Positions 1 through 9,801 are shown, numbered from the stretch's first letter. The stretch is DNA of 64,000 nt from Gammaproteobacteria bacterium (GCA_022823625.1 JAJEHQ010000011.1:132077-196076), one strand, 5' to 3'. The notes: generated by a model not told the origin, from the sequence alone. Numbers and translations: made by a program.

Positions 1-1210
1 CGAATCGAAGCAGTTCGGAAATTGTTTGGCGGTTGTCCGCGTCCTCTGTGATTCCCTCTTTAAACGCTCGGCCGAACTCTTTCCAGAAGGTCTGATATTT
101 CTCACTGTCCTTCTTGGCAACGCGCTTGAGTTCGCCAAGTATCTTCCTGACTACACCAGCGCGAATTCGTTCGACTTGTTTGTTCTTCTGTAGAAACTCC
201 CGTGATATGTTCAATGGCAAATCATCGGAGTCTATAACGCCGCGTACAAACCGAAGGTAGCTTGGCATCAGATTTTTTGTGTCATCTGCTATGAATACAC
301 GGCGAACGTAGAGCTTGATACCTCGCTGGCGGTCGGCATCCCACAGGTCAAATGGCGCATGAGCTGGAATATACACAAGGGCGGAATACTCAAGCCGCCC
401 CTCGACACGATTGTGCAGTCTTAGCAGCGGATTTTCAAAGTCGAAGGTTAGTGACTTGTAGAAATTGTCATATTCCTCATCGGAAATGTCTTTTCGCGCC
501 CGGGTCCAGAGCGCAGAACCGTCGTTTACGAGTTCCCACTCTTCTTCTTTCTTGGCAGTTGGTGCAGCCCGAAGTCGAATTGGAACAGAGATGTGATCTG
601 CATACTTCTTTATGACGCTTGAAACCTGCCCTGTGTCCGCAAATTCTTTGGCATCCTTACGCAGTGTGATGATGATCTCGGTGCCATGATTTTCAATTGA
701 CTGATCTTCAATTGTGTAGCCGGTTACTCCATCTGACTCCCAAACAACACCCTGTTCCTTTGCAGTACCTGCTTTACGAGTTTTCATGACGACTCTTTCG
801 GCAACCATGAACACAGAATAGAAGCCAACTCCAAACTGTCCGATCAGATTGGCATCTTCGGACTGTTCTCCAGTGAGTGCTTCAACAAATTTCTTGGTGC
901 CTGACCGGGCAATCGTTCCGATATTCTCTGCGACCTCTTCGTGGGTCATTCCAATGCCGTTGTCTCGGATCGTGATGGTCTTGGGCCTCTTGGCGATTTC
1001 CAATTCAATGGCTGGCGTGTGTTCTGACTCCAGCATGTCGGGATTGGTTAATGACTCGAATCGAAGTCGTCCGCAGGCATCTGAGGCATTGGATATCAAC
1101 TCTCGCAGGAATACTTCCCGTTCCGAGTACAAAGAGTGAATGACGAGGTTCAGCAGTTGCTGAACTTCAGCTTGAAAATCAATTTTGTCTATCGTTGTTT
1201 CTTCTGACAT
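1..1210 (-). CDS. htpG: Molecular chaperone HtpG (Hsp90), N-terminal ~403 codons; the C-terminus lies beyond the left window edge
   Basis: Absent from the ORF track because it is edge-truncated. My reverse-strand translation from the ATG (complement of 1208-1210) gives MSEETTIDKIDFQAEVQQLLNLVIHSLYSEREVFLRELISNASDA...GQFGVGFYS...LYVRRVFI..., which are GHKL-ATPase/Hsp90 signatures. The frame stays open to position 1. Confidence 0.9.
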   Translation of the reverse strand, partial: MSEETTIDKIDFQAEVQQLLNLVIHSLYSEREVFLRELISNASDACGRLRFESLTNPDMLESEHTPAIELEIAKRPKTITIRDNGIGMTHEEVAENIGTIARSGTKKFVEALTGEQSEDANLIGQFGVGFYSVFMVAERVVMKTRKAGTAKEQGVVWESDGVTGYTIEDQSIENHGTEIIITLRKDAKEFADTGQVSSVIKKYADHISVPIRLRAAPTAKKEEEWELVNDGSALWTRARKDISDEEYDNFYKSLTFDFENPLLRLHNRVEGRLEYSALVYIPAHAPFDLWDADRQRGIKLYVRRVFIADDTKNLMPSYLRFVRGVIDSDDLPLNISREFLQKNKQVERIRAGVVRKILGELKRVAKKDSEKYQTFWKEFGRAFKEGITEDADNRQTISELLRF

Positions 1211-1425
1211 CGAGGTACTCCATGTTACCGAAAAACATGATTTGTCGTATTTGGCATTTATAGTTAGTGTGTAATTACCAGAATTCAAGCGTTTCGAGAT
1301 GCAAATTATTTGCAGTTAAGGAGCCCTGAGTTCCCAGCGAATAGAGTTTCAATCCACTTGCACGAGCCGACAATCATTTTGGAAAACACTGATAAAAATT
1401 TCGAACTGACAGAAGTAATTTGCAA

Positions 1426-3738
1426 ATGGATGATTTGATTGGTAGACCAATATTGCGTGTCGAAGATGACCGATTGCTCACTGGCAATGGCTCCTTCACA
1501 GATGACTGGCACTTAGAGGGTGAATTGTTTGCCTGTTTTGTTCGCAGCCCCTATGCCCATGCGCGCATAGTTTCTATCAATGCTTCCAATGCAGTGAAAA
1601 TGCCAGGTGTTCGCATGATTGCAACTGGTGAAACACTAGCCAAAGCCGGTCTACAGCCGATTGATCCCCTGACGCGTAGCCCGGACTTTCCAATTATCAA
1701 TAAAGACGGTAGTCAGCTTCCCGTCGTGTCACGATGGCCACTTGCCAGGGAAAAGGTCCGTGTGGTAGGAGAGCCGGTCGCAGTGGTTGTTGCAGATAGT
1801 AGTCTAGCGGCGCGGGATGCAGCTGAGACGTTCGATGTGGAGTACGAACCGCTTGAAGTTGTCGTTGATGTCGACCAGGCATTGAAGTCCGAGGCACCAC
1901 TAGTGTGGGAGGAACTTGAAAGCAATATCTGTGTGGACGCCGAATATGGAGATAGACAGGCTGTTGATGATGCATTTACTAAAGCTGTCAAGGTTGTTTC
2001 GGTAACGGTCGACTATCCTCGGCACGTGATTGCATTCTTAGAGCCGCGGGCTGTGATCGCGCGGTTTGACAAAGAATCAGGTCGATACGAAGTAATTTGT
2101 GGTAGTCAGTCGGTTCATTGGCACCAAAAGGGAATTGCTGACATGCTGAATGAACCACCCGAAAAAGTCAGGTTCATTTCGCCAGATACGGGAGGAGGTT
2201 TTGGCGCGCGTACATCGCCCTACCCGGATTTTGCTGTGCTGGCTTGGCTTGCTCAGCAAACAGGTTCACCGGTGCGATGCACACTGGATCGATCTGAAAG
2301 CTTTCTGACCGACTCTCAATCGAGGGATCATCGGCTAACTGCCAAACTTGCAGTTGATCATCAAGGCAAGATGACTGCAATTCGACTTGTGAGTGCGTGG
2401 CGGCTTGGGGCTTACTTGAATCAACGCAGTATCTGGCTACACGCGTCTTATATGCACCTGGTCAATTGTGGTGTTTATCGGATACCGGTCAGTAATTTTC
2501 AGATCAAGGGTGTCTTTACCAATACTGCAAATATTGGAGCCTTTCGTGGGGTAGCCCGAGCAGAAGCGTCTTTTGCGCTGGAACGAGTAGTTGATAAAGC
2601 CGCTCATGAAATGGGTATGGATCCTGTTCACTTCAGGAAACTGAACATGATCCAGGCAGGTGAAATGCCTTGGAAAGCGCCAAGTGGCGCTCGCTATTCT
2701 GCAGGTAACTATCCAGCTAACTTTGACATGCTGTTAGAGCATCTCGATATGAATGAGTATCAGACTCGAAGGCGGGCTTGTACCCAGCAGGGCAAGTATC
2801 GCGGATTGGGTTTTTCGGTTTATCTCGACAGTGTCGGCGGTTCGCCCAATGAATTTGCAGAAATATCGGTTCTGGGCGATGTTGTCGAGGCGAGAGTCGG
2901 TACCAAATCGGTTGGTGTCGGGCACGAAACTGTATTCGCACAAGTCTTGGCGAGTCGATTGCAACTTCCACTTGACAGGATTCGGATAGTCGATGGCGAT
3001 ACTGACCGGGTTCGCACTGGCAGTGGCACTCATGCATCGAGATCTCTTCGTATGGGTGGTTCAGCGATTCATTTCGGAGTTAAGAAAGTACTGAAACAAG
3101 CACGCGAGTATGCCGCACAGCATCTTGAAGTTGCAGAACACGATCTGGCATATGCTCATGGTTTGTTTACTGTTTCTGGAACTGATCGGCAGGTCAGTCT
3201 GTGTGAAATTACCAAATTGATGATTGAAGAAACCGGCAAACCGCTTACCGCTGAACATGAACACTTTATTCAAGCAGGAATGTTCGCCAGCGGTGCTCAA
3301 GCCTGTGAAGTTGAGATTGATGCTGAAACGGGCATGGTTCGCATCTGCCGATTTGTAACAGTGAGCGATCCTGGCAAAATCTACAACCCAGTGATTTGTG
3401 AAGGACAAATTCATGGTGGAGTTGCCCAAGGTGTTGGACATGCATTATTGGAAAAAACGCACTACGATGAATCCACAGGGCAGCTGTTAAGTGGTAGCTT
3501 CATGGACTATACACTGCCGAGGGCTGATGATTTGCCGATGTTTGAGAGTTTGTGGAATCCTGTTGAAACCGATGAAAATCCACTCGGTACCAAAGGAGTT
3601 GGAGAGCTAGGTATAACGGGAGCACCCGCGGCAATTATGAATGCTATAGTTGATGCGTTACGGCCGTTGGGAATTGAAGAGGTGCAAATGCCAGTGACTT
3701 CGGAAAGCATATGGCGATTAATTCAAAAAGCGAATTGA
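1426..3738 (+). CDS. Xanthine dehydrogenase / CoxL-family molybdopterin-binding large subunit (COG1529-like); substrate unknown
   Basis: 770 aa. The N-terminus LIGRPILRVEDDRLLTGNGSFTDD is typical of the a/b-hammerhead domain. It has GAFRGVARAEA in place of the CO-dehydrogenase AYRCSFR/AYRGAGR loop and a C-terminal GVGELG motif. ATG at 1426, two codons inside the TTG-started track ORF. Confidence 0.85.
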   Translation: MDDLIGRPILRVEDDRLLTGNGSFTDDWHLEGELFACFVRSPYAHARIVSINASNAVKMPGVRMIATGETLAKAGLQPIDPLTRSPDFPIINKDGSQLPVVSRWPLAREKVRVVGEPVAVVVADSSLAARDAAETFDVEYEPLEVVVDVDQALKSEAPLVWEELESNICVDAEYGDRQAVDDAFTKAVKVVSVTVDYPRHVIAFLEPRAVIARFDKESGRYEVICGSQSVHWHQKGIADMLNEPPEKVRFISPDTGGGFGARTSPYPDFAVLAWLAQQTGSPVRCTLDRSESFLTDSQSRDHRLTAKLAVDHQGKMTAIRLVSAWRLGAYLNQRSIWLHASYMHLVNCGVYRIPVSNFQIKGVFTNTANIGAFRGVARAEASFALERVVDKAAHEMGMDPVHFRKLNMIQAGEMPWKAPSGARYSAGNYPANFDMLLEHLDMNEYQTRRRACTQQGKYRGLGFSVYLDSVGGSPNEFAEISVLGDVVEARVGTKSVGVGHETVFAQVLASRLQLPLDRIRIVDGDTDRVRTGSGTHASRSLRMGGSAIHFGVKKVLKQAREYAAQHLEVAEHDLAYAHGLFTVSGTDRQVSLCEITKLMIEETGKPLTAEHEHFIQAGMFASGAQACEVEIDAETGMVRICRFVTVSDPGKIYNPVICEGQIHGGVAQGVGHALLEKTHYDESTGQLLSGSFMDYTLPRADDLPMFESLWNPVETDENPLGTKGVGELGITGAPAAIMNAIVDALRPLGIEEVQMPVTSESIWRLIQKAN

Positions 3739-3804
3739 TTAGATTGTTTGAGACTGGTACAGATCAAGAGCCTTTCACCAAGAAAACACATTAGGAGATT
3801 TTTT

Positions 3805-4653
3805 ATGAAACTCGTGCGATATGGCGAAGCGGGCCAGGAGAAACCTGGTATTTTTGACCAGGAGGGCAACATTCGAGATTTGTCCGAACACATTCATGAT
3901 ATTGATGGATCGGTGCTGGCACCTGATAGCCTGGACAAACTGGCAAGACTTAACTTAAATGACTTGAGTCGTGTTGAAGGTGCGCCTAGAATTGGACCGC
4001 CCGTGGCGAATGTCGGTAAGCTGGTTTGCATAGGTCTCAACTATCGCCTGCACGCCGAAGAAGCAGGTTTGAAAATCCCGGAAGAGCCTATCCTGTTTAT
4101 GAAGGCAACAACATCAATCGTCGGACCAAATGACGACTTAATGTTGCCAAAGGGCAGTAAAAAAACAGATTGGGAAGTTGAATTGACTGTCGCCATTGGA
4201 CGTGTCGCACGGTATGTCGAAGAAAGCGAGGCATTTGACTATGTTGCCGGATACTGTGTTGCGAACGATGTGTCCGAACGAGCATTTCAAATTGAGGGAA
4301 CCGGGCAGTGGGTAAAGGGCAAGAGTGCAGACACTTTCTGCCCTTTGGGACCATTTCTTGCCACGCGCGATGAAATTCCTGATCCACAGAATCTCAATTT
4401 ATGGCTGGATGTGGACGGTAAGCGATATCAATCCGGTTCAACAGATGACATGATTTTTGGGGTGGCTCATATTGTCAGTTACGTGAGTCGGTACATGACG
4501 CTGATGCCTGGCGATCTGATTTTGACTGGCACCCCATCAGGTGTCGGATTTGGATTGAATCCACCGGTATTTCTCAGACCGGGTAATCAAGTCAGGCTTG
4601 GGGTTGAGGGATTAGGCGAGCAAGTGCAGAACGTGGTTGATTTCCAGAGGTAA
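3805..4653 (+). CDS. Fumarylacetoacetate hydrolase (FAH) family protein
   Basis: MKLVRYGEAGQEKPGIFD... and CIGLNYRLHAEEAG... are typical FAH-fold motifs. AGGAG at 3793-3797 precedes the ATG at 3805. The track ORF start at 3748 looks like an upstream extension. Confidence 0.85.
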   Translation: MKLVRYGEAGQEKPGIFDQEGNIRDLSEHIHDIDGSVLAPDSLDKLARLNLNDLSRVEGAPRIGPPVANVGKLVCIGLNYRLHAEEAGLKIPEEPILFMKATTSIVGPNDDLMLPKGSKKTDWEVELTVAIGRVARYVEESEAFDYVAGYCVANDVSERAFQIEGTGQWVKGKSADTFCPLGPFLATRDEIPDPQNLNLWLDVDGKRYQSGSTDDMIFGVAHIVSYVSRYMTLMPGDLILTGTPSGVGFGLNPPVFLRPGNQVRLGVEGLGEQVQNVVDFQR

Positions 4654-4740
4654 CCACAGCTAAACATCTGAATTTCAGGAAGACCATTCCATCGTGTCGA
4701 CTGGAGTGATCATAATCGGAAATCCCTGGCGACGCAAACG

Positions 4741-5478
4741 CTAGGTCGCCGACTCTTCCACAATTGATACGTAAGATCGAACTGTCGATTCAAAGCCGTG
4801 GAGTAAGGCCTCAACTGTCAGGGCGTGCCCGATCGACACTTCAAGAACATCTGGGATAGTCAAAAATTTTCCTAAGTTCTTTTGATTCAGATCGTGGCCA
4901 GCATTAACGCCAAGCCCATGCTGCTGTGCCATAACTGAAGCCTTTTGGTATTGTTCAAAAACCTGTTCGTGATCTTCAGTGTTGTAGGTCCGGGCGTATT
5001 CTTCGGTGTAGAGTTCAATTCTGTCGGCACCGGTTTCTGCCGCAGAAGGAATCAAAGATGGGTCCGGGTCAAGAAAAATACTGGTTCGAATGCCATGTTC
5101 CTGAAGGTCTGCAAGAAGTGGTCGAAGAAAATGGTTTTCTGATTGGGTGTTCCAACCGTGATCAGAGGTGATTTGGTCTGGCGCATCCGGTACTAAAGTG
5201 CACTGATCGGGTTTGGCGGATTTTACGACTTCCATGAAATCTGCAGTCGGATAACCTTCGACGTTAAACTCAACATCAGGGTAGTCCTGACAAAATTCTG
5301 CTAACTCGAAAGTGTCCTGATAAGTGGCATGACGCTGGTCTGGACGCGGGTGTACGGTTATGCCGTGGGTACCGGATTTGACGCAAAGCTCAGCAAAGTC
5401 GAGTACCTTAGGGAAATTCATGCCTCTTGCGTTTCTCAGCAATGCAATTTTGTTCAGATTGATGCTTAGTTTGGTCAT
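4741..5478 (-). CDS. pdxJ: Pyridoxine 5'-phosphate synthase
   Basis: From the internal Met: MTKLSINLNKIALLRNARG...HGITVHPRPDQRH...VNAGHDLN, 245 aa, which matches PdxJ length and motifs. The 46-codon upstream extension in the track ORF has no family support. Confidence 0.85.
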   Translation of the reverse strand: MTKLSINLNKIALLRNARGMNFPKVLDFAELCVKSGTHGITVHPRPDQRHATYQDTFELAEFCQDYPDVEFNVEGYPTADFMEVVKSAKPDQCTLVPDAPDQITSDHGWNTQSENHFLRPLLADLQEHGIRTSIFLDPDPSLIPSAAETGADRIELYTEEYARTYNTEDHEQVFEQYQKASVMAQQHGLGVNAGHDLNQKNLGKFLTIPDVLEVSIGHALTVEALLHGFESTVRSYVSIVEESAT

Positions 5479-5742
5479 TGGTTGTACCGATGTGACTACT
5501 CCAGATTTTACGCGAAACTTTATCAATGAAAAATTCGTCTTTCTATCAAAACTTTCTGAACGGTTCAGTCCAGAACAAGAGCAGGTTGCTAGGGTCGATG
5601 GTTTACCCGGAAACAACTACTAGCCACAGGCCAGCAGTAATCTGTGAACAGAATTCATAGTGATGCCAGAATTTGCGCTAGTTGAGTTGTAACTCTCCGC
5701 ACAGAACTTGCTAAGAACAAGAACGTGAATGACGGAGTTCAG

Positions 5743-6747
5743 CTAGCCGTCGTAGATTGTCTTACCCGTGTCGCGATGCCAGGTACGAACCAAATGACGC
5801 TTTTTGTCTGGGTCTGGATCATCAACTATTTCACTGCGATAGTGCGCAATGTCTATGTTATTGATGTACTGTAGATGTCCTCTTTCAATTGGTAACTCAA
5901 ACCAAAGTGATGGATCTTCAGAAACCTCTTTCAGGGCAAGTACTGCTTCTTCTGTTGCGCTATCCATTTTGGTTTCAGCGACTTCATAGCCTTTCATGAT
6001 AAGACTCGGATTTGCTCGAGTCCATAGGCGTTCTGTATCAAAACGGAATACAGGTGCTTTTGCCACCAATGGCGCACCAGGAATATGTTCTGCCTGTCTG
6101 TCCCAGTAAACAGGCTCGTAAAGACGATCAAGTTCTTTCGGGAATTTTTCCAGCATTCGATTGTGCACAGTGTAGAGGCTGCAAAATCGACTCAAACCTC
6201 CTTGCGCTGAAGGTTTTAAGCACATCAGACCTACATAGTGAGGAAGGGCGACTCCAAACGCGTTATCGTTGTGAAACATCAGTTCAACACTGGTATAGGA
6301 GCCGCGTACACCATATCCATATTCAGCACCAGTGTCTCGAACGTGGTAAATCATCGTCCCGTCCCACTTCTGTGCAACATTTCGCCCGATTTTTTGGCCA
6401 ACAATCCAGAATAGATCAATCGCCTGCTCTGAGCTCAGTTGATGTAGCGGTAGACTGTTGATCACTGCTACCCCAGGTGGTTCATCAAGTCGACGCTTGA
6501 TGTCTGCCATCATCTGCAGGGTGTGAGGGATTTCAAAATCTTCCAATCGTCTAATCAGTGTGGGCAGTGGATTCGATTCCATGATGTCAACTACCCGCAT
6601 TAATTCGTTCCGCGCGGCGGTTCTAATCGCAACGACGCAAGAGTTCGGATTGACACTATCGCGGGTCCATGCAAATCCGCCGGCTACCTGAATGTGGAGT
6701 TTTTGAGCGCTACATTCGTGTGACAGGTCAAGAACTTCCATGATCAC
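5743..6747 (-). CDS. Fe(II)/2-oxoglutarate dioxygenase, TauD/clavaminate-synthase-like (amino-acid beta-hydroxylase-like)
   Basis: 334 aa. LMFHNDNAF supplies the HxD facial triad. The distal HYRSE and RHLVRTW motifs resemble the VioC/AsnO/SyrP-type CAS-like fold. Confidence 0.7.
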   Translation of the reverse strand: MIMEVLDLSHECSAQKLHIQVAGGFAWTRDSVNPNSCVVAIRTAARNELMRVVDIMESNPLPTLIRRLEDFEIPHTLQMMADIKRRLDEPPGVAVINSLPLHQLSSEQAIDLFWIVGQKIGRNVAQKWDGTMIYHVRDTGAEYGYGVRGSYTSVELMFHNDNAFGVALPHYVGLMCLKPSAQGGLSRFCSLYTVHNRMLEKFPKELDRLYEPVYWDRQAEHIPGAPLVAKAPVFRFDTERLWTRANPSLIMKGYEVAETKMDSATEEAVLALKEVSEDPSLWFELPIERGHLQYINNIDIAHYRSEIVDDPDPDKKRHLVRTWHRDTGKTIYDG

Positions 6748-7223
6748 TCCCTGAATACATAGTAAAGATTTGCAGTTGCTAAATTCCCTTTAAGGCGAAG
6801 ATGCAGAATTTGAATTGATGCCAGCATATTTTATGAAGTCTGGTATGAAACTCGACACTGTTTTACGTCTACATTGATATTTTTGTGGTGCTGGGGTTTA
6901 GGTTTGACTTATGTCATTAAAGGTTCGCCTCTTGTCTGAATCAACGTGTGTTCATGATTCTGCAGAATAACTACTTGAGAACTTACAGAAGATCTAATTC
7001 AACAGCACGAACTAACCCGAACGCCTAGTTCACCGTGGCAAGGTGCTTTTCTGTTCTCGAATTACGCTTGCTGGCTACGGGAGTTAGAATTGCTACTGCT
7101 CGCGACGGTGAAACTTCTTCCGATGTTTAGCGAAAGCGGGCGCTTGAAGTATTTACACCTCCATGTCTGATAAAATCAGATTCAGTTTGATTGAATCATC
7201 AATGAATTAATTGGAGTTTGGAC

Positions 7224-7391
7224 ATGAATTACCTTTTGGGAATTGTTTCAATTGTATGTTGCCTCGTTTTGGTATCTTTTGATACGTTTACAGGGTCATT
7301 TTTATCGAATGTTGCATGGTGGGGCGCTGGTATGTCCGTCCTGTACATGATTCTTTCCGCAGTCGAAGGAAAAAAATCCGCAACATCTTGA
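7224..7391 (+). CDS. Hypothetical small membrane protein (55 aa); below the ORF-track size cutoff
   Basis: My translation is MNYLLGIVSIVCCLVLVSFDTFTGSFLSNVAWWGAGMSVLYMILSAVEGKKSATS. It has two hydrophobic segments, and GGAG at 7213-7216 lies 7 nt upstream of the ATG. No homology evidence is available. Confidence 0.3.
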   Translation: MNYLLGIVSIVCCLVLVSFDTFTGSFLSNVAWWGAGMSVLYMILSAVEGKKSATS

Positions 7392-7452
7392 ATCTTATAC
7401 AATTTCCTCTTCTTTTCTCATTAAAACCAGCCTTTCGGCCTGACCGTCAGTC

Positions 7453-8268
7453 ATGGGCGAAAATCTTGATTTCAACTTTTCCGCTAACACTGTCATTGTG
7501 GTCGGTGGTACCAGTGGCATCAACCTCGGTGTGGCAAAAAATTTTGCCGATGCGGGTGCAAGACTCGGGGTCATCAGCCGTTCACAAGGGAAAGTTGAAT
7601 CTGCTGTCGAGTTTTTGGGTCAGTCAGGTGGTGAAGTTCTCGGGTCTATCGCAGATGTCAGAAACTATGATCAGGTAACTGAAGGACTACAGCATTTTGC
7701 AGATCAGTTTGGAGCATTTGACGTTTTAGTGTCCGGTGCTGCTGGTAATTTCCCTGCCCGGGCGAATGATATGTCACCAAACGGATTTGCAGCGGTAGTC
7801 AATATTGATTTGCTCGGCACTTTTCACGTATTGAAAGCAGCTTATCCTCATTTGAGAAAACCTGGAGGTTCAATAATAAATATTTCGGCACCGCAGGCAT
7901 TCATCCCGATGATTCTGCAATCACACGTGTGTGCCGCAAAGGCTGGTGTCGATATGATTACTCGGACTTTCGCCATGGAATGGGGAGGCGAAGGTATTCG
8001 CGTCAATTCAATCGTACCAGGTCCAATCCAGGATACTGAGGGAATGAAACGATTGGCGCCCACTCCGGAACTGCTGAATTCAGTTGTTGAGTCTGTACCA
8101 CTTAAACGACTCGGACAATCTTCGGATATTGGAAGGATGGCGATGTTTCTGGCATCACCTCTGGCAGATTATGTGACAGGTACCGTTATACCTGTCGATG
8201 GAGGTTGGTCATTGGGAGGTGTGTCAGGTTTGATGGATGAGCTGTCAAAGGAAATGGAGAAACACTAA
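7453..8268 (+). CDS. Short-chain dehydrogenase/reductase (2,4-dienoyl-CoA reductase-like subgroup)
   Basis: VVGGTSGINLGVA is the TGxxxGxG Rossmann motif. The core NISAP...SHVCAAKAGV and the tail IRVNSIVPGPI fit SDR enzymes. Confidence 0.85.
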   Translation: MGENLDFNFSANTVIVVGGTSGINLGVAKNFADAGARLGVISRSQGKVESAVEFLGQSGGEVLGSIADVRNYDQVTEGLQHFADQFGAFDVLVSGAAGNFPARANDMSPNGFAAVVNIDLLGTFHVLKAAYPHLRKPGGSIINISAPQAFIPMILQSHVCAAKAGVDMITRTFAMEWGGEGIRVNSIVPGPIQDTEGMKRLAPTPELLNSVVESVPLKRLGQSSDIGRMAMFLASPLADYVTGTVIPVDGGWSLGGVSGLMDELSKEMEKH

Positions 8269-8271
8269 AAA

Positions 8272-9801
8272 TCAGATACCTCCTTCAGAAAAAATTGAAC
8301 GGTACGATTCTCTCAGTCGATTCTTTTCAATTTTCCCCATTGCGTTTCTCGGAAACCCATCGACAAAGACAATCTGCCGAGGAATCTTGAACGCAGACAC
8401 GTTTTTTTCAAGAGACTCATTAATCTGTAATTCACTCAACCTGTTCGACTGTCGGATAACTGCAGCGACAACTCCCTCCCCCAGATCCGGGTGAGGCACT
8501 CCGAACACCGCCGAATCGCTAACCAAGGGAATTTGATTGATTTGGAATTCTATTTCACTGGGATAAATGTTGAAGCCCGCGGAAATGATCAAATCCTTTT
8601 CCCTCCCGACAATGGTAACCACACCTTCTTCATCAATTCTTGCTACATCTCCAGTGATGAAGTAGCCATCTTCACGAAACGTCGATTTTGTAGCATCCGG
8701 ATTGCGCCAATATCCTCTGAATACATTAGGACCCTTTATTTCAAGAGATCCAATCTCCCCATATTCAAGTGAAGTTCCATCGCCATCACATACGCGAACT
8801 TCAACACCGGGTAATGGAAGCCCAACATTTCCGCCGCGTCGAACAGCGTTCAAAGGGTTTGATGTGATCATTTGCGCCTCAGACATTCCATAGCGCTCTA
8901 AAATTCGGTGTCCAGTTCGTTGTTCGAACTGTGTAAACGTTTCCGGCAACAGGGGTGCCGACCCGGATACAAACAGCCGCATCCCATCACACACATCTTT
9001 CTTGAATTCCGCTTCAGACAGTAGACGCGTGTAGATGGTTGGTACCGCCATCATGACTGTGGACTGCGGAAGCAATTCAATGGTTTCCGTAACCGAAAAC
9101 CTAGGTTGAAACAGAATTTTCGTGCCCATCAGCAAGGGTATGTGCAACGCAACACAAAGGCCGTGAACATGAAAAATTGGCAGTACGTGCAACAGCACAT
9201 CAACTTTTTGCCAACCCCAAACCTGGCTCAGACTGGCTGCGTTCGAGCTGATGTTTGCGTGCGTAATCATCGCCCCCTTGGGCTTGCCAGTCGTTCCGGA
9301 TGTGTAGATCAACAAAGCAGTGTCGTTCCCCTCACGCACCACCGTTTCAAAGCGCTCGTCGTAATCAGTAATATCTTCACACAAAGTACCCGTCCCATTT
9401 GTTTCGAGTGTTTCAACTAACTGGATTTTGAGTTTCTTTGTCAGTTCAGTTGCATCATCCGCTCGCTTCGAACCACATACAAATAGCATCGGTTGTGCGT
9501 CTTCCAGGAAATGTTCCAGTTCTTTCAGTGTATAGGCGGTGTTCAGGGGGTGAAAGATAATTCCTGCTCTAAGACAAGCCAAATACAGTAATACTGCTTG
9601 TGCTGATTTATCAATTTGTGCGGTTACTCGATCGCCGGGTTGCAGACCCAATTCAATCAGTTTGTTGGCAAGTTGGGCTGAAAGTCGGTTTGCGTCCGAA
9701 AAGGAAATTGAACGTGAGTCATGCAGCTCTAAGAAAGTCTCTTGAGACGATTTCAGCATTTGCTGCTGAATCAATTCAAAAAAATTGTTGTTCTGAGACA
9801 T
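8272..9801 (-). CDS. AMP-forming acyl-CoA ligase, malonyl-CoA synthetase (MatB)-like
   Basis: 509 aa with the AMP-binding motif YTSGTTGKPKGAM, plus GYFITGDVA and a C-terminal GKIEKNRLR. Confidence 0.8.
   Translation of the reverse strand: MSQNNNFFELIQQQMLKSSQETFLELHDSRSISFSDANRLSAQLANKLIELGLQPGDRVTAQIDKSAQAVLLYLACLRAGIIFHPLNTAYTLKELEHFLEDAQPMLFVCGSKRADDATELTKKLKIQLVETLETNGTGTLCEDITDYDERFETVVREGNDTALLIYTSGTTGKPKGAMITHANISSNAASLSQVWGWQKVDVLLHVLPIFHVHGLCVALHIPLLMGTKILFQPRFSVTETIELLPQSTVMMAVPTIYTRLLSEAEFKKDVCDGMRLFVSGSAPLLPETFTQFEQRTGHRILERYGMSEAQMITSNPLNAVRRGGNVGLPLPGVEVRVCDGDGTSLEYGEIGSLEIKGPNVFRGYWRNPDATKSTFREDGYFITGDVARIDEEGVVTIVGREKDLIISAGFNIYPSEIEFQINQIPLVSDSAVFGVPHPDLGEGVVAAVIRQSNRLSELQINESLEKNVSAFKIPRQIVFVDGFPRNAMGKIEKNRLRESYRSIFSEGGI

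Noticed and set aside
352-1139. Plus-strand ORFs 352-615 and 849-1139 at the left edge.
   Set aside because: Both are antisense shadows of the htpG coding sequence. That sequence reads convincingly on the minus strand across the whole 1-1210 interval.
1426-3738. Annotation as aerobic carbon monoxide dehydrogenase large subunit (CoxL).
   Set aside because: The active-site loop is GAFRGVARAEA, not AYRCSFR (form I) or AYRGAGR (form II). No coxS, coxM or accessory genes are adjacent. Only the broad XDH/CoxL family call is justified.
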